Shown here: piece by piece, positions 36,550-49,108 of the stretch
How positions within the stretch are numbered: position 1 is the first letter of the stretch
Layout: the number at the start of each line of letters is the position of its first letter
Sequence record: MT446420.1
From: Escherichia virus TH54
Strand: one strand, 5' to 3'
Length of the DNA: 64,000 bases
Notes under the pieces: model-generated
The model's input: the letters and a program-made list of their open reading frames with translations, nothing else
Told to the model about the DNA's origin: nothing
Database searches by the model: none
Made by a program: the position numbers and the translations under genes

Positions 36550-37546
36550 CTCTACCGTAGTTTACCGTTCAATTGTTACATCAAAATTCAGAACGGAAAA
36601 AATGTATAACTTCTACAGCGCTATCGGAGATGGCGCAACTGAAAATACAATGTATGTCACGTTTGGCCGTGCAGAACCATGGGCCGCAAACGAAAACGAC
36701 CCGGGCTTTGCTCCACCTTATCCGGTTGATGATGCTCAAGGTGTTGAAGATGTTTGGACCAATATGATGGGCGCAGTCAAGGTTTATAAATCCATGCTTG
36801 ACTGCGTGGTTCCTCGTAAAGATTGGGGTGATGTTCGTTATCCTAACCCGCTGAACTTTCAGATTGGTGAAATTGTCGTAAGTAATACAGCGCCATATAA
36901 CCGAACTGATGTTGGTAAAGGTTGGATGGTTTATCGTTGCGTGGATATTCCTGAATCTGGCACATGTTCGATTTATTCCATCACCAATAAGCAAGAATGT
37001 CTTAAGCTTGGTGGCAAATGGACGTCAGACTATGCTTCCAGTCGTGCTCCATCTGGGACTGGTGACACCGAAGGACGTGTTGATATGGGTGATGGTTATC
37101 TCTGGGAATATCTCTATGAGATTCCGCCTGATGTATCCATTAACCGTTGTACAAACGAATATATCGTTGTTCCATGGCCAGAAGAAATTGCAGAAGACCC
37201 GGAACGTTGGGGATACAAAGATAACCTGACATGGCAGCAAAATGATTATGGTTTAATCTATCGTATCAAGGGCAATACAATTCGTTTCAAGGCTTTCATG
37301 GATTCGATTTATTTCCCTCAATTCAGCCTTCCAGGTAACAAAGGTTTTCGACAAATTTCAATTGTTGCTAACCCTCTGGAAATCAAAGCTGCACCTAATG
37401 ACCCGAACATCAAAGCAACAAAAGAATATTACGATGCTATTGATTTGAGTCGTCATTCTGGTGAAATGATTTACATGGAAAACAGACCACCTGTTTATCG
37501 TGCAATGGACCAAACTGAAGAAGTAAATATTATTTTTGAATTCTAA
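36542..37546 (+). CDS. 8: baseplate wedge protein gp8
   Basis: 334 aa, ATGA-type overlap with gp7. Confidence 0.9.
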   Translation: MNNSTVVYRSIVTSKFRTEKMYNFYSAIGDGATENTMYVTFGRAEPWAANENDPGFAPPYPVDDAQGVEDVWTNMMGAVKVYKSMLDCVVPRKDWGDVRYPNPLNFQIGEIVVSNTAPYNRTDVGKGWMVYRCVDIPESGTCSIYSITNKQECLKLGGKWTSDYASSRAPSGTGDTEGRVDMGDGYLWEYLYEIPPDVSINRCTNEYIVVPWPEEIAEDPERWGYKDNLTWQQNDYGLIYRIKGNTIRFKAFMDSIYFPQFSLPGNKGFRQISIVANPLEIKAAPNDPNIKATKEYYDAIDLSRHSGEMIYMENRPPVYRAMDQTEEVNIIFEF

Positions 37547-37549
37547 CTA

Positions 37550-37571
37550 GGGACCTTCGGGTCCCTTTTTT
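37550..37571 (+). terminator. intrinsic terminator GGGACCttcgGGTCCC + T6
   Basis: perfect 6-bp stem, UUCG loop, TTTTTT. Confidence 0.7.
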
Positions 37572-37575
37572 ATTT

Positions 37576-37583
37576 TATAAATA
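37576..37583 (+). promoter_or_regulatory. late promoter TATAAATA for gene 9
   Basis: exact octamer about 28 nt upstream of ATG. Confidence 0.6.
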
Positions 37584-37610
37584 TAACTATATCAATAATG
37601 AGGCTTACCT

Positions 37611-38480
37611 ATGATTAATCAAACTCCAAAACTTTTAATAGATGTCGGCGAAATTGGTAACGCCAGCACCGGCGATATCTTATATGATGGTGGTCGTAAA
37701 ATTAACGAAGATTTTGATAACATCTATAATACCTTCGGTGACCAACGTCTTTATGCAGTCGATAATGGTCAGAACTCCCAAGTCTTGCATGCTACTGGTT
37801 ATTATCAAAAAGCAACAAACATAATCGAATGGAACACTCCTGTTGCGCTTGGTTCTCTCCGTGATGTTGATACCTCCAAGGGTGTTGTTACTGCCAGGAT
37901 TGCCCGCGGTAAAATGGGTGAAGGTATTATCTTCATTAATTCTAATGGGACTTTATCGCCAACTCAATCTTTAGAAATCGAACTACAAGGCACAGATACT
38001 TTCGTTTCGGCTCCGACCAACAAAATTCGCTTCACCAGCCCTTATACAAAGATTACTCTTTGGTGTATCGATGATGCAAACGGTGTCGGTACCTGGGATT
38101 ATTCAATCGAAAATATGTTTGGTGTAAAACACATTCCTTTGGACCGAACTTATAATATTGGCCTGAACGCAAGAGATATTCCCATTGCATTGCGCGGTGA
38201 TTTCAAAACAATGAAACTTTTGTTAACCGCTATATCTACCGATGAAACTAAATACAAAGCATCAGAGGTCATGCTCTTTGTAGACACTCAAGCTAACCAA
38301 GTGTATAGCACAGAATACGGTGTATTGCGTCGTGGTCACGTGGATGACGATGACGAGTTATATACCATTAACTTTAAAATAGGCGCTGACAACTTCGTTA
38401 CGGCGACCGTAAGCGCACCAGTCTCCATGAAGCTCGCCATTAAGGTAGCCGAGACACAAACCATTGGGGTAGCAATCTAA
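37611..38480 (+). CDS. 9: baseplate wedge / long-tail-fibre socket protein gp9
   Basis: 289 aa. Confidence 0.9.
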   Translation: MINQTPKLLIDVGEIGNASTGDILYDGGRKINEDFDNIYNTFGDQRLYAVDNGQNSQVLHATGYYQKATNIIEWNTPVALGSLRDVDTSKGVVTARIARGKMGEGIIFINSNGTLSPTQSLEIELQGTDTFVSAPTNKIRFTSPYTKITLWCIDDANGVGTWDYSIENMFGVKHIPLDRTYNIGLNARDIPIALRGDFKTMKLLLTAISTDETKYKASEVMLFVDTQANQVYSTEYGVLRRGHVDDDDELYTINFKIGADNFVTATVSAPVSMKLAIKVAETQTIGVAI

Positions 38481-40291
38481 TGAAACAAAATTTAAAAATA
38501 GGCGTGATGGTCGATGATGGCACCGGCGATTATCTTCGTCTCGGCGGTCAAAAAATTAATAATAACTTTGATGACCTTTACTACCAGCTCGGTGATGGGG
38601 AAAATCCTCATGCTGCTGGTGCATGGAAAACATGGTCAGTAGCCGACGGCACAACCCTGGAAGCTGTTATGGGTCGTAGTTATGCAGTGAATACCTCAAA
38701 TGGTATGATTACTGTTAAACTCCCTAAAGGAACACCAGCCGAATATAATTACGTTATTCGTTTGCGTGATGTATTTGCAACATGGCAAGTCTCCCCGGTG
38801 ACGATTGTTCCGGCTGTCGGCGACACAATGAAAGGTTCTCCTGACCCTGTGGTTATTCGTCGTAACCTAGCGGATATCGAACTGGTTTATTGTTCTCCTG
38901 GTCGTTGGGAATATATTGACAACAAACAGATTGACAAGATTTCAAATAACGATGTAGCAACCGTTGAGACTCAGCAATTCATTGCAACAGAAGGCCAAAC
39001 GGACTTCCTGGACGTGTTTAATGGTCGTCCTTATAACATTGCTAGCCTCGAAGTTAAACACCGTGGTAACGACCTGTTTTATGGTAAAGATGATATTTTT
39101 GACCCTGATAATGCTGAATTTGGTTCGCCTGGCGCAGCAGCTGGTGAAATTGTATCCCTTGACGGTCGCAATATTCGTTTACGTATGCCTTGTGCTGCTG
39201 GTGATACAGTCATTGTCAGAACATTCAACGATGGTATTGCTCAGTATCGTAGTTCTTATAACCGTCGAGATGTTCAAATTCGTGATTCGAAATTTACTCT
39301 TGAAACCCCGGTTGAAGGTTCTTTGATTGTAGCTGATTTGTCTACTAAGCACACATTTATGGTTACTGAACTGGCGGTATCTCCGAGCAGTCCGATTAAC
39401 CCGAACGCATGTGAAGTTTATATCAACAGCATATTACAACACGAAGCAGGAACTGCAAACTATCCAGCTTATACCTGCGAAGGTGCTAATGGTGAAACTG
39501 CAGAAGAGTGTACAGATAATGGTGGCCAATGGGCCAAATCGAAAGAAGATTATATAACAACCTTTGATGAAAATAACCGCATCGAATCTTTTGAGTTTGC
39601 TCGTACATTTGAAGATGGTGATATTCTGTCCATAGTTTGGTACAATAACGATATCGGTACCACAATGACTCTTGACGAAATTACAGATGAAACAAATAAC
39701 ATTTATGTTTCTCAAGGTCCAGAAGTTTCAATCACCGGCGATATAAGAATTACGGATTATGATAATCCATTTGCTCCTAACCTGGAACCGGTTGACCCAA
39801 GCGAAATTAAACCATCTGCTGTTTCGATTCTCTTTAATATGTTCCATCCAATTGGCACAATTTACGAGAACACGACTAACCCAAATAACCCCGCAACATA
39901 TATGGGTATGGGGACATGGAAGCGCCTTGAAGAGCGTGTTTTGATTGGTTGGTCTGCTGACCCAGCCTCGAACTTCCATACGAACAATAACGACCTGGAT
40001 TCTTCTGGTGTTCCACAGGCAACTGCTGGGGGTACTGGGGGTAATGTACAAATTCACATTAAACCAACCAATATTCCTAAAATTCAGACCGATGAAAAAG
40101 TATTAGTAGCTGATGCAACTGGCCCAATTATTGTTGGTGGTTGTCAGATTGACCCAGATGCACAAGGTCCGGCTTATACGAACTATCGCGAAGATTATGC
40201 GACTATTAATGAAGCTCTTGACCCACTGGCACAGCCAATAGATATACTTCCTCCATATTTGATTGTTTACCGTTGGGTAAGGATTGCATAA
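38480..40291 (+). CDS. 10: baseplate wedge protein gp10
   Basis: 603 aa. Confidence 0.9.
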   Translation: MKQNLKIGVMVDDGTGDYLRLGGQKINNNFDDLYYQLGDGENPHAAGAWKTWSVADGTTLEAVMGRSYAVNTSNGMITVKLPKGTPAEYNYVIRLRDVFATWQVSPVTIVPAVGDTMKGSPDPVVIRRNLADIELVYCSPGRWEYIDNKQIDKISNNDVATVETQQFIATEGQTDFLDVFNGRPYNIASLEVKHRGNDLFYGKDDIFDPDNAEFGSPGAAAGEIVSLDGRNIRLRMPCAAGDTVIVRTFNDGIAQYRSSYNRRDVQIRDSKFTLETPVEGSLIVADLSTKHTFMVTELAVSPSSPINPNACEVYINSILQHEAGTANYPAYTCEGANGETAEECTDNGGQWAKSKEDYITTFDENNRIESFEFARTFEDGDILSIVWYNNDIGTTMTLDEITDETNNIYVSQGPEVSITGDIRITDYDNPFAPNLEPVDPSEIKPSAVSILFNMFHPIGTIYENTTNPNNPATYMGMGTWKRLEERVLIGWSADPASNFHTNNNDLDSSGVPQATAGGTGGNVQIHIKPTNIPKIQTDEKVLVADATGPIIVGGCQIDPDAQGPAYTNYREDYATINEALDPLAQPIDILPPYLIVYRWVRIA

Positions 40292-40956
40292 TGACTACGT
40301 TGACAAATAAAAAGGCGAGTGTAATATCTCGCCATGCTGGTTACCTCCAGTTTGATTATACAACTACTGATTCCACTGCTGTAGCGGGTAACCGCTATAT
40401 CGGTGGTCCGTCTGCTAACCAGACAAATGATGGTGTATTCTATCCAACAGTCCAAAGTGCAATTGATGATATTGCATTTCGTGCTGAACTTCCTGTTGGT
40501 TCGATAATTACCCGTCATGAGAATACCGCCCCTGGATTTATTAGTCAGTCTGATAAAATTAAGTTCACTGGGTCTATTTCTGGTGAAACTCTTGGCGCAA
40601 CCGTGCTTATTAAAGTATTCGGTTTCCCGGTAGAAGTTATTGTTGGTGACTCAAGCGTGCTGGTTGCATCGAAGGTCAATGATGTTCTTTTGACTGCGAT
40701 TTCACAAGGTCTTATTCTTGCGGAAACATCAATTGATGCACTGGACCAGTCTATATTAAATATTACATATAACGACTATCAGAATCATATATTTGAAACC
40801 AAATCCCAATATGGTTGCGTTATGGAACAAACTATTGTTCAACAACCACGTGCCGGGTATGGACAATGGGAATATCTTGGTTTACAAGATGTAACATTGC
40901 AAGGTGGTTCGGTTAATGGTCCAACATCTCTTTACTACTATAAGCGAGTCTACTAA
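40291..40956 (+). CDS. 11: baseplate wedge protein gp11 (short tail fibre attachment)
   Basis: 221 aa from MTTLTNKKASVISR; TAATG overlap with gp10. Confidence 0.85.
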   Translation: MTTLTNKKASVISRHAGYLQFDYTTTDSTAVAGNRYIGGPSANQTNDGVFYPTVQSAIDDIAFRAELPVGSIITRHENTAPGFISQSDKIKFTGSISGETLGATVLIKVFGFPVEVIVGDSSVLVASKVNDVLLTAISQGLILAETSIDALDQSILNITYNDYQNHIFETKSQYGCVMEQTIVQQPRAGYGQWEYLGLQDVTLQGGSVNGPTSLYYYKRVY

Positions 40957-42491
40957 TGACAACGACTAACACGCTAAAACATATTAGCGATAAATCCGAA
41001 TATAAAACATTTGACCCGGCAGGAACTTCATTTCCTCCGTCGGTAACAAATGTTCAGGAAGCATTGGGAGCTTTGGCTCCTATTGCTATTGATGGATTTA
41101 TCCCAGAATCTACGGTTGCAGTACCAGGTATTATTCGCCTGGCGACCGAACAAGAAGTTATTGATGGCATAGGCAATAACACTGCGGTAACTCCCGAAAC
41201 TCTTAAAGCTCGTTTGAATATTCCAACCCAGGCCACAGAGACTGTTGTCGGAATTACCCGTTACGCAACCGATGCAGAAGCTATTGATGGAACAGTAACC
41301 GATGCGGCTATTGTTCCGTCAAGTCTTAAAGCTTCTATTGATAATACATTTAATACCCGCACTTCTACAGAAGACCGTAATGGTGTAATTAAGATTTCGA
41401 CTCAAGCCGCTGCTCTGGCAGGAACAGATGATACAACGGCCATGACTCCTTTGAAGGTTTCATTGGCCATTGGTGCAGCAACTGCAGCTCTTCCAACTTA
41501 TAGCGCAGCAACAACCACTGTACAGGGGATTGTTAAAATTGCAACCCCGGCCGAGGTTCAAGCTGGTGCAATGAATAACGGTGTGGCAGTTTCTCCACTT
41601 GGACTTATTTCATTGACTGCAAATGCCTCCCGCCGAGGGTTGGTCCAATTGGCTTCCAGTGCTGAAGCAATTACAGGTACGGATGCAACAAAAGCAATTA
41701 CTCCACAAGCTCTTCAGGCAAAAACTGGTAATACCGGACGACTTGGCATTGTCAAACTGACAACTACCGTTGGTTCAGGGGATGGTAACACTGCTCTTGC
41801 ATATAATGCAAACGTAATTTCAACCACTGGTGGTACAATTACTGGAACTCTTAACGTCAATGGAACTTTACGTAGAAATGGCCAGGACGTTGTAACCCGC
41901 AATGAAATTAAAGATGATGTTCCAATCGGAACTATTATTATGTGGGGTGGGCAGACAGGAAATATTCCTTCTGGTTGGGAAATTTGTGACGGTGGTAATG
42001 TCGGTGATGCTGGTTTCCGAAATGTCGTTGGTAGTAAATGGGGCGCAACTGGTAATAAGCCAGATTTTCGTGGATTGTTTCCTCGTGGTTCAAACAGCTC
42101 TAACGATGGTGCTATGAAGGAATGGGAAACAAACATTAATATAAGAAACGCCAAGGGAAATGATTCCAAACAAAAACCTAAATTGGGCCAAGGTGTTGGT
42201 TCATATGGTCACGGTACAGTACAGGCACAACAACTCCGTTTCCACAAGCATGCCGGTGGTTTTGGTGAACATGATAATGCCGGTGCATTTGGTAACACAG
42301 TTCGTTCAAACTATGCAGGCACTCGTAAAGGTTTGGACTGGGATAACCGTTCTTATTTTACGAACGAAGGTTATGAAATCGATGGCGCTGGTAGCCGTGA
42401 TTCTCGAACTACATTAAACAGCGAAGGTCTGATAGGTAATGAAAGCCGTCCATGGTCTATGTCCATTCTTTTTATTATTAAGGTCAGATAA
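40956..42491 (+). CDS. 12: short tail fibre protein gp12
   Basis: 511 aa; repeated V.GI.R.AT..E...G motifs. Confidence 0.9.
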   Translation: MTTTNTLKHISDKSEYKTFDPAGTSFPPSVTNVQEALGALAPIAIDGFIPESTVAVPGIIRLATEQEVIDGIGNNTAVTPETLKARLNIPTQATETVVGITRYATDAEAIDGTVTDAAIVPSSLKASIDNTFNTRTSTEDRNGVIKISTQAAALAGTDDTTAMTPLKVSLAIGAATAALPTYSAATTTVQGIVKIATPAEVQAGAMNNGVAVSPLGLISLTANASRRGLVQLASSAEAITGTDATKAITPQALQAKTGNTGRLGIVKLTTTVGSGDGNTALAYNANVISTTGGTITGTLNVNGTLRRNGQDVVTRNEIKDDVPIGTIIMWGGQTGNIPSGWEICDGGNVGDAGFRNVVGSKWGATGNKPDFRGLFPRGSNSSNDGAMKEWETNINIRNAKGNDSKQKPKLGQGVGSYGHGTVQAQQLRFHKHAGGFGEHDNAGAFGNTVRSNYAGTRKGLDWDNRSYFTNEGYEIDGAGSRDSRTTLNSEGLIGNESRPWSMSILFIIKVR

Positions 42492-42500
42492 GGAATAAAA

Positions 42501-44078
42501 ATGATTAACAAATTAGAATTAGCGAATCTTCCGTTTGTCGATGGTGTACCAGAAGCTGACCAGAAACGAATTGAATGGATTCGAGATGGTGATTGCTTAA
42601 CTGCAGCCACTACCAAATACGGGCACGATGGTGCCCTTAATGCCGCCGCTTTGGGTGTACAGACCAACGTTGAAACTTTGGAAAAGAATGACACGACCAC
42701 TAAGGACAAAGTAAACGAAATAGTCGATAGTGTTAACCAGATTAAAGAAGCTCTGGATATTTCTACCGATACAAGTGTTATTCAACAGATTGAAACCAAC
42801 CGTAAAAATATTGTTGACCTCCAAACTGGTTTAGCCGAAACTGATATTGCTTTACTTGATACCGGCACAAATCTCGGTGAATTACAGGAAGATGTTGGTT
42901 ATTATAACCCGCTGGAAGATGGACCATATTTGACCGTTCGTGCCAATATTAACCGTATTAAGCGTGAAATGGGTCATTATGCAAACCAAGATATCAATGG
43001 CGACCCGTTGCCTGAAGGCGAAACCAATGATGCCACCGGGATGAAACGTATTATCATCGATAACAGTACAGCAATTGCAACCACGCAACGCCGTCTTACT
43101 ATTCTCGAGGAAAATTACAATGATTCTGATGTGGGTGGTCTCACGATTAAATTAAATGAGATACGCGAAGAATTAGGTCCGCGTACAGAAGGTATTGGCA
43201 AATCTCCTGTTTATACTCGTTTAACTGCGGTTGAAGCTAAAGCCGGAACCAATGAAACTGACATAGGGAATATCAAAACTGCAATTGGTTTTGGTCAAGG
43301 TCAAAGTATCGCAAACCGTGTCGGGACTCTGGAAACCAAGGCAACAAATTTAGAAAATACCACATCTGGTATGAATACAAGATTGTCAAAGGTTGAAACT
43401 GATATTGGTACCGATGCCGAACCTACTTCAATTAATGGACGTCTGAAAACGTTGCGTGACGATATGACAGGTGTTCGTGTTGTTATCGGGGAAAATACAA
43501 GCAGCGGTTTGCAGGGACAAGTTGTTGCCCTTAACGTTGCAGTAGGTATTAGCGATAGCCCTGCACCAACTTCCTTGATTCCGCGTATGCGTGAAGTCGA
43601 AACTTCTAGTCGCGCAAATGCCGCGGCCATTCAGGATATTCAGGCTGAAATCGGTAACAATCAGTCAGGTATCAAAGGTTCTATCCTAACGATTAAATCA
43701 CAAATCGACGGAACTAACCCAAACGGTTCGACTGTTGCTGAAAAAGGTATTCTCCCGACTGTCGAAGGTCTGGCCAATGAAATGCCGACTAAGCTTAGTG
43801 ACGCTCCATCTGATACGAAGATATATGGTCGCCGTGACGGTGCTTGGGCCGAAATCGTAGGTGGTGATGTATCTGCTCTGACATTGCGTATGGATGGTAT
43901 CGAAACGCGCACCGATGAAGCCGAGACGAAGATAACTGAACTTGAAGGTAAAGTATTAGCCTTAGAAACAGAACTCGCCAAAAGGCCTCCTGTTGCTCCT
44001 ACGGCTGACGGACTCCCTTATGTGCTCGTTGATAATGCATGGGTTCTTTTGTCGACATTCGTGACTGTTGGACCATAA
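42501..44078 (+). CDS. wac: fibritin (whisker) Wac
   Basis: 525 aa coiled-coil protein with C-terminal foldon-like ...GLPYVLVDNAWVLLSTF. Confidence 0.85.
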   Translation: MINKLELANLPFVDGVPEADQKRIEWIRDGDCLTAATTKYGHDGALNAAALGVQTNVETLEKNDTTTKDKVNEIVDSVNQIKEALDISTDTSVIQQIETNRKNIVDLQTGLAETDIALLDTGTNLGELQEDVGYYNPLEDGPYLTVRANINRIKREMGHYANQDINGDPLPEGETNDATGMKRIIIDNSTAIATTQRRLTILEENYNDSDVGGLTIKLNEIREELGPRTEGIGKSPVYTRLTAVEAKAGTNETDIGNIKTAIGFGQGQSIANRVGTLETKATNLENTTSGMNTRLSKVETDIGTDAEPTSINGRLKTLRDDMTGVRVVIGENTSSGLQGQVVALNVAVGISDSPAPTSLIPRMREVETSSRANAAAIQDIQAEIGNNQSGIKGSILTIKSQIDGTNPNGSTVAEKGILPTVEGLANEMPTKLSDAPSDTKIYGRRDGAWAEIVGGDVSALTLRMDGIETRTDEAETKITELEGKVLALETELAKRPPVAPTADGLPYVLVDNAWVLLSTFVTVGP

Positions 44079-44083
44079 CAAAA

Positions 44084-44101
44084 GGGCTTCGGCCCTTTTT
44101 T
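44084..44101 (+). terminator. intrinsic terminator GGGCttcgGCCC + T6
   Basis: hairpin plus TTTTTT immediately after wac. Confidence 0.65.
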
Positions 44102-44103
44102 CG

Positions 44104-44111
44104 TATAAATA
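44104..44111 (+). promoter_or_regulatory. late promoter TATAAATA for gene 13
   Basis: exact octamer 19 nt upstream of ATG. Confidence 0.6.
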
Positions 44112-44129
44112 CAGTAAAGAGGAAAACAT

Positions 44130-45068
44130 ATGGCAACTGAATCATACAACCCAAAACAATTAAAAGATGCAATCCTTCGTCGTCTTGGCGCTCCAATCAC
44201 GAATATCGAAGTCACGACCGAACAGGTTTATGATTGCATCCAGCGTGCATTAGAATTATATGGCGAATATCATTATAATGGTTATAACAAAGGATATCAG
44301 GCTTTTTATATCGGTCATGATGAAGTTTCTCAACAGAAATTCCGTGATGGTGTTTTCGATTTAAAAGGACGTAATATTTTTGCAGTAACGCAGATTATTC
44401 GTACTAACGTCGGTTCATTAACTTCGATGGACGGTCAAGCAACATATCCATGGTTTACGGATTTTGTTCTGGGACTTGCCGGAATTAATGGTGGGATGGG
44501 AAGTTCGTGTAATAGCTTTGGCCCAAATGCTTTTGGTGCAGACCTTGGTTATTTTACACAGCTTATGCAATATCGTTCGATGATGCAAGACCTGATGGTT
44601 CCGCTTCCTGATTACTGGTATAACGACGATACTGAACAACTTAAAATTATGGGCAACTTCCGTCAGGGAGATGTGATTGTAATTGAAGTTTACACCAAAT
44701 CCTTTAATGGTGTTGATGCAATGGCCAGCAATACTGCAGGTTATGGTTATGCTTCCGGTGATTGTTCAAATCCATGGAATGCTGGTGCGCAGTGGGATAA
44801 CCCGGCTCGCAGAATAAGTGGCATGAGAGCCGGTGAGGACCTTGGACTTCAAGATGGTGCATACAACAACCGTTGGGTTAAAGACTATGCCACAGCGCTC
44901 GTTAAGGAAGTTAACGGCAACGTATTGGCTAAACACCAGGGGATGATGATGCCAGGTGGTACCACGGTTGATGGTGTTCGTTTAATTGAAGAAGCTCGTA
45001 TGGAAAAAGAACGTCTCCGCGAAGAACTTGACCTGCTGGATGCACCGACTCCTATATTGGTGGGCTAA
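44130..45068 (+). CDS. 13: neck protein gp13
   Basis: 312 aa. Confidence 0.9.
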   Translation: MATESYNPKQLKDAILRRLGAPITNIEVTTEQVYDCIQRALELYGEYHYNGYNKGYQAFYIGHDEVSQQKFRDGVFDLKGRNIFAVTQIIRTNVGSLTSMDGQATYPWFTDFVLGLAGINGGMGSSCNSFGPNAFGADLGYFTQLMQYRSMMQDLMVPLPDYWYNDDTEQLKIMGNFRQGDVIVIEVYTKSFNGVDAMASNTAGYGYASGDCSNPWNAGAQWDNPARRISGMRAGEDLGLQDGAYNNRWVKDYATALVKEVNGNVLAKHQGMMMPGGTTVDGVRLIEEARMEKERLREELDLLDAPTPILVG

Positions 45069-45853
45069 TGGCTACTTATGACGCAAGATTATTCGCCCGG
45101 CTCGAAGACGGGACCGGGTATGACAATACCAATGCTACAGAGATATTGAACCCTTATGTAAACTTTATGCATCATGAAAATACCCAGACTTTAGCCGATG
45201 CTATTGTTGCTGAAAGTATTCAGATGCGCGGAATGTCTCTCTATTATATCCCAAGACAATTCGTTAAACCGGATTTGTTATTTGGTGAAGACCTCCAGAG
45301 TAAATTTGATAAAGCATGGAAATTTGCTGGATATCTGGATACGTTCGATGCATATCAGGGTGATGGTTCTATCTTTAGTAAATTCGGTATGACTGTAAAC
45401 GATGAAATTACAATATCGATTAACCCTAACCTGTTTAAACACCAATGCAATGGAACCGAACCTATTGCCGGGGATTTGATTTATTTCCCTCTTGATAACA
45501 GCCTGTTCGAAATTACATGGGTGCAACCTTATGACCCGTTCTATCAGGTAGGTCAAAACGCCATTCGTAAAATCACCGCGAGCAAATACATTTACTCCGG
45601 AGAAGAGCTTAAACCCGAATTGCAACGAAATGAAGGTATTAATATTCCAGAATTCAGTGAGCTCGATTTGCAACCAATCCACAATATCGATGGTCTTACA
45701 GATATCAGCGATATCCCTTATGCTGAATCCAATGAGATTAACGCAGAAGCAGCTGAATATGTTAAACCGTATTTTGTGCAGAATGGTCGTGGTCTTGAGG
45801 CTCCACCTAAGGCAAAACAGGACAGCTTTGACGATAGTTTCTTTGATGAATAA
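45068..45853 (+). CDS. 14: neck protein gp14
   Basis: 261 aa. Confidence 0.9.
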   Translation: MATYDARLFARLEDGTGYDNTNATEILNPYVNFMHHENTQTLADAIVAESIQMRGMSLYYIPRQFVKPDLLFGEDLQSKFDKAWKFAGYLDTFDAYQGDGSIFSKFGMTVNDEITISINPNLFKHQCNGTEPIAGDLIYFPLDNSLFEITWVQPYDPFYQVGQNAIRKITASKYIYSGEELKPELQRNEGINIPEFSELDLQPIHNIDGLTDISDIPYAESNEINAEAAEYVKPYFVQNGRGLEAPPKAKQDSFDDSFFDE

Positions 45854-45896
45854 ATACATTTATTAATGCGCCCGAACTGGGCGCCTGGAGGTTACT

Positions 45897-46768
45897 TTGT
45901 TTGGGCATTTTTATAATTCGTCTCTGCGTCGCTATATCGTTTTAATGGGCGATTTATTTTCCCATGTACAAGTGGCCAGAACCAGAGAAGACACTGGACT
46001 TAAATATATTAAGGTCCCTATTTCTTATGCTTCAAAAGAAAAATTCATGATGCAGCTTGGAAAATGGACCGCTATTCAGAATACACCGACTCCTGACATG
46101 TCACCACAAGAACGTGCTGCTCAGAAGGCTAAAATCGAGACCGTATTGCCCCGTATGAACCTGCATATGGTTGACTTGATGTATAACGGGCAATATAAAA
46201 CGGCTCTCCAGAATCACACACAGGCGCGATTTGCTAATAACGACCCTCGCAAGCAGATATCTCAATATTCTCCTGTACCGGTCAAAATGATTTTCGAGCT
46301 TGGAATATATACAAGGCATCAAGATGATATGTTCCAGATTATCGAACAAATCATGCCTTACTTCCAGCCGCATTTTAATACAACCATCACCGAACTTTAT
46401 ACGAATGAAATTACGTTCGAACGTGATATAAGAATCGTATTGCAGTCCATAGCAATGGATGAGCAAATTGAAGGTGATGCAATGACTCGTCGTAGACTCG
46501 AATGGTCCATTATGTTCGAAGTTAACGGTTGGTTATATCCACCGGTCAAGGAAGTAGCCGGGGAAATCCGTACTATCTATCTTGACTTCTTTGCAAATTC
46601 CAGAGAGCTTGCACCGGAAGGTAATTTCGAATCTGTTGACTCGGAAGCCGTTCCACGAGACGTCGACCAAGAAGACTGGCAAGGCGAATCTGTTCAAACC
46701 TATTCGCAGGATATTCCTGTACCGGTTGACCCAGCACCTCCAGCTCCAAGAAAAAATAGGGTACCATT

Positions 46769-46772
<4 letters not shown>
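45897..46772 (+). CDS. 15: tail sheath stabiliser / connector gp15
   Basis: 291 aa; [13 protein letters not shown] matches T4 gp15 N-terminus; apparent TTG start after GGAGG. Confidence 0.88.
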
Positions 46773-49079
<2,307 letters not shown>

Positions 49080-49108
49080 AAGTAAAGCAAACTATTAGAG
49101 GACTCAAA

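Noticed and set aside
45278-45859. 193-aa minus-strand ORF inside gp14
   Set aside because: Antisense to a conserved neck gene; no start context.
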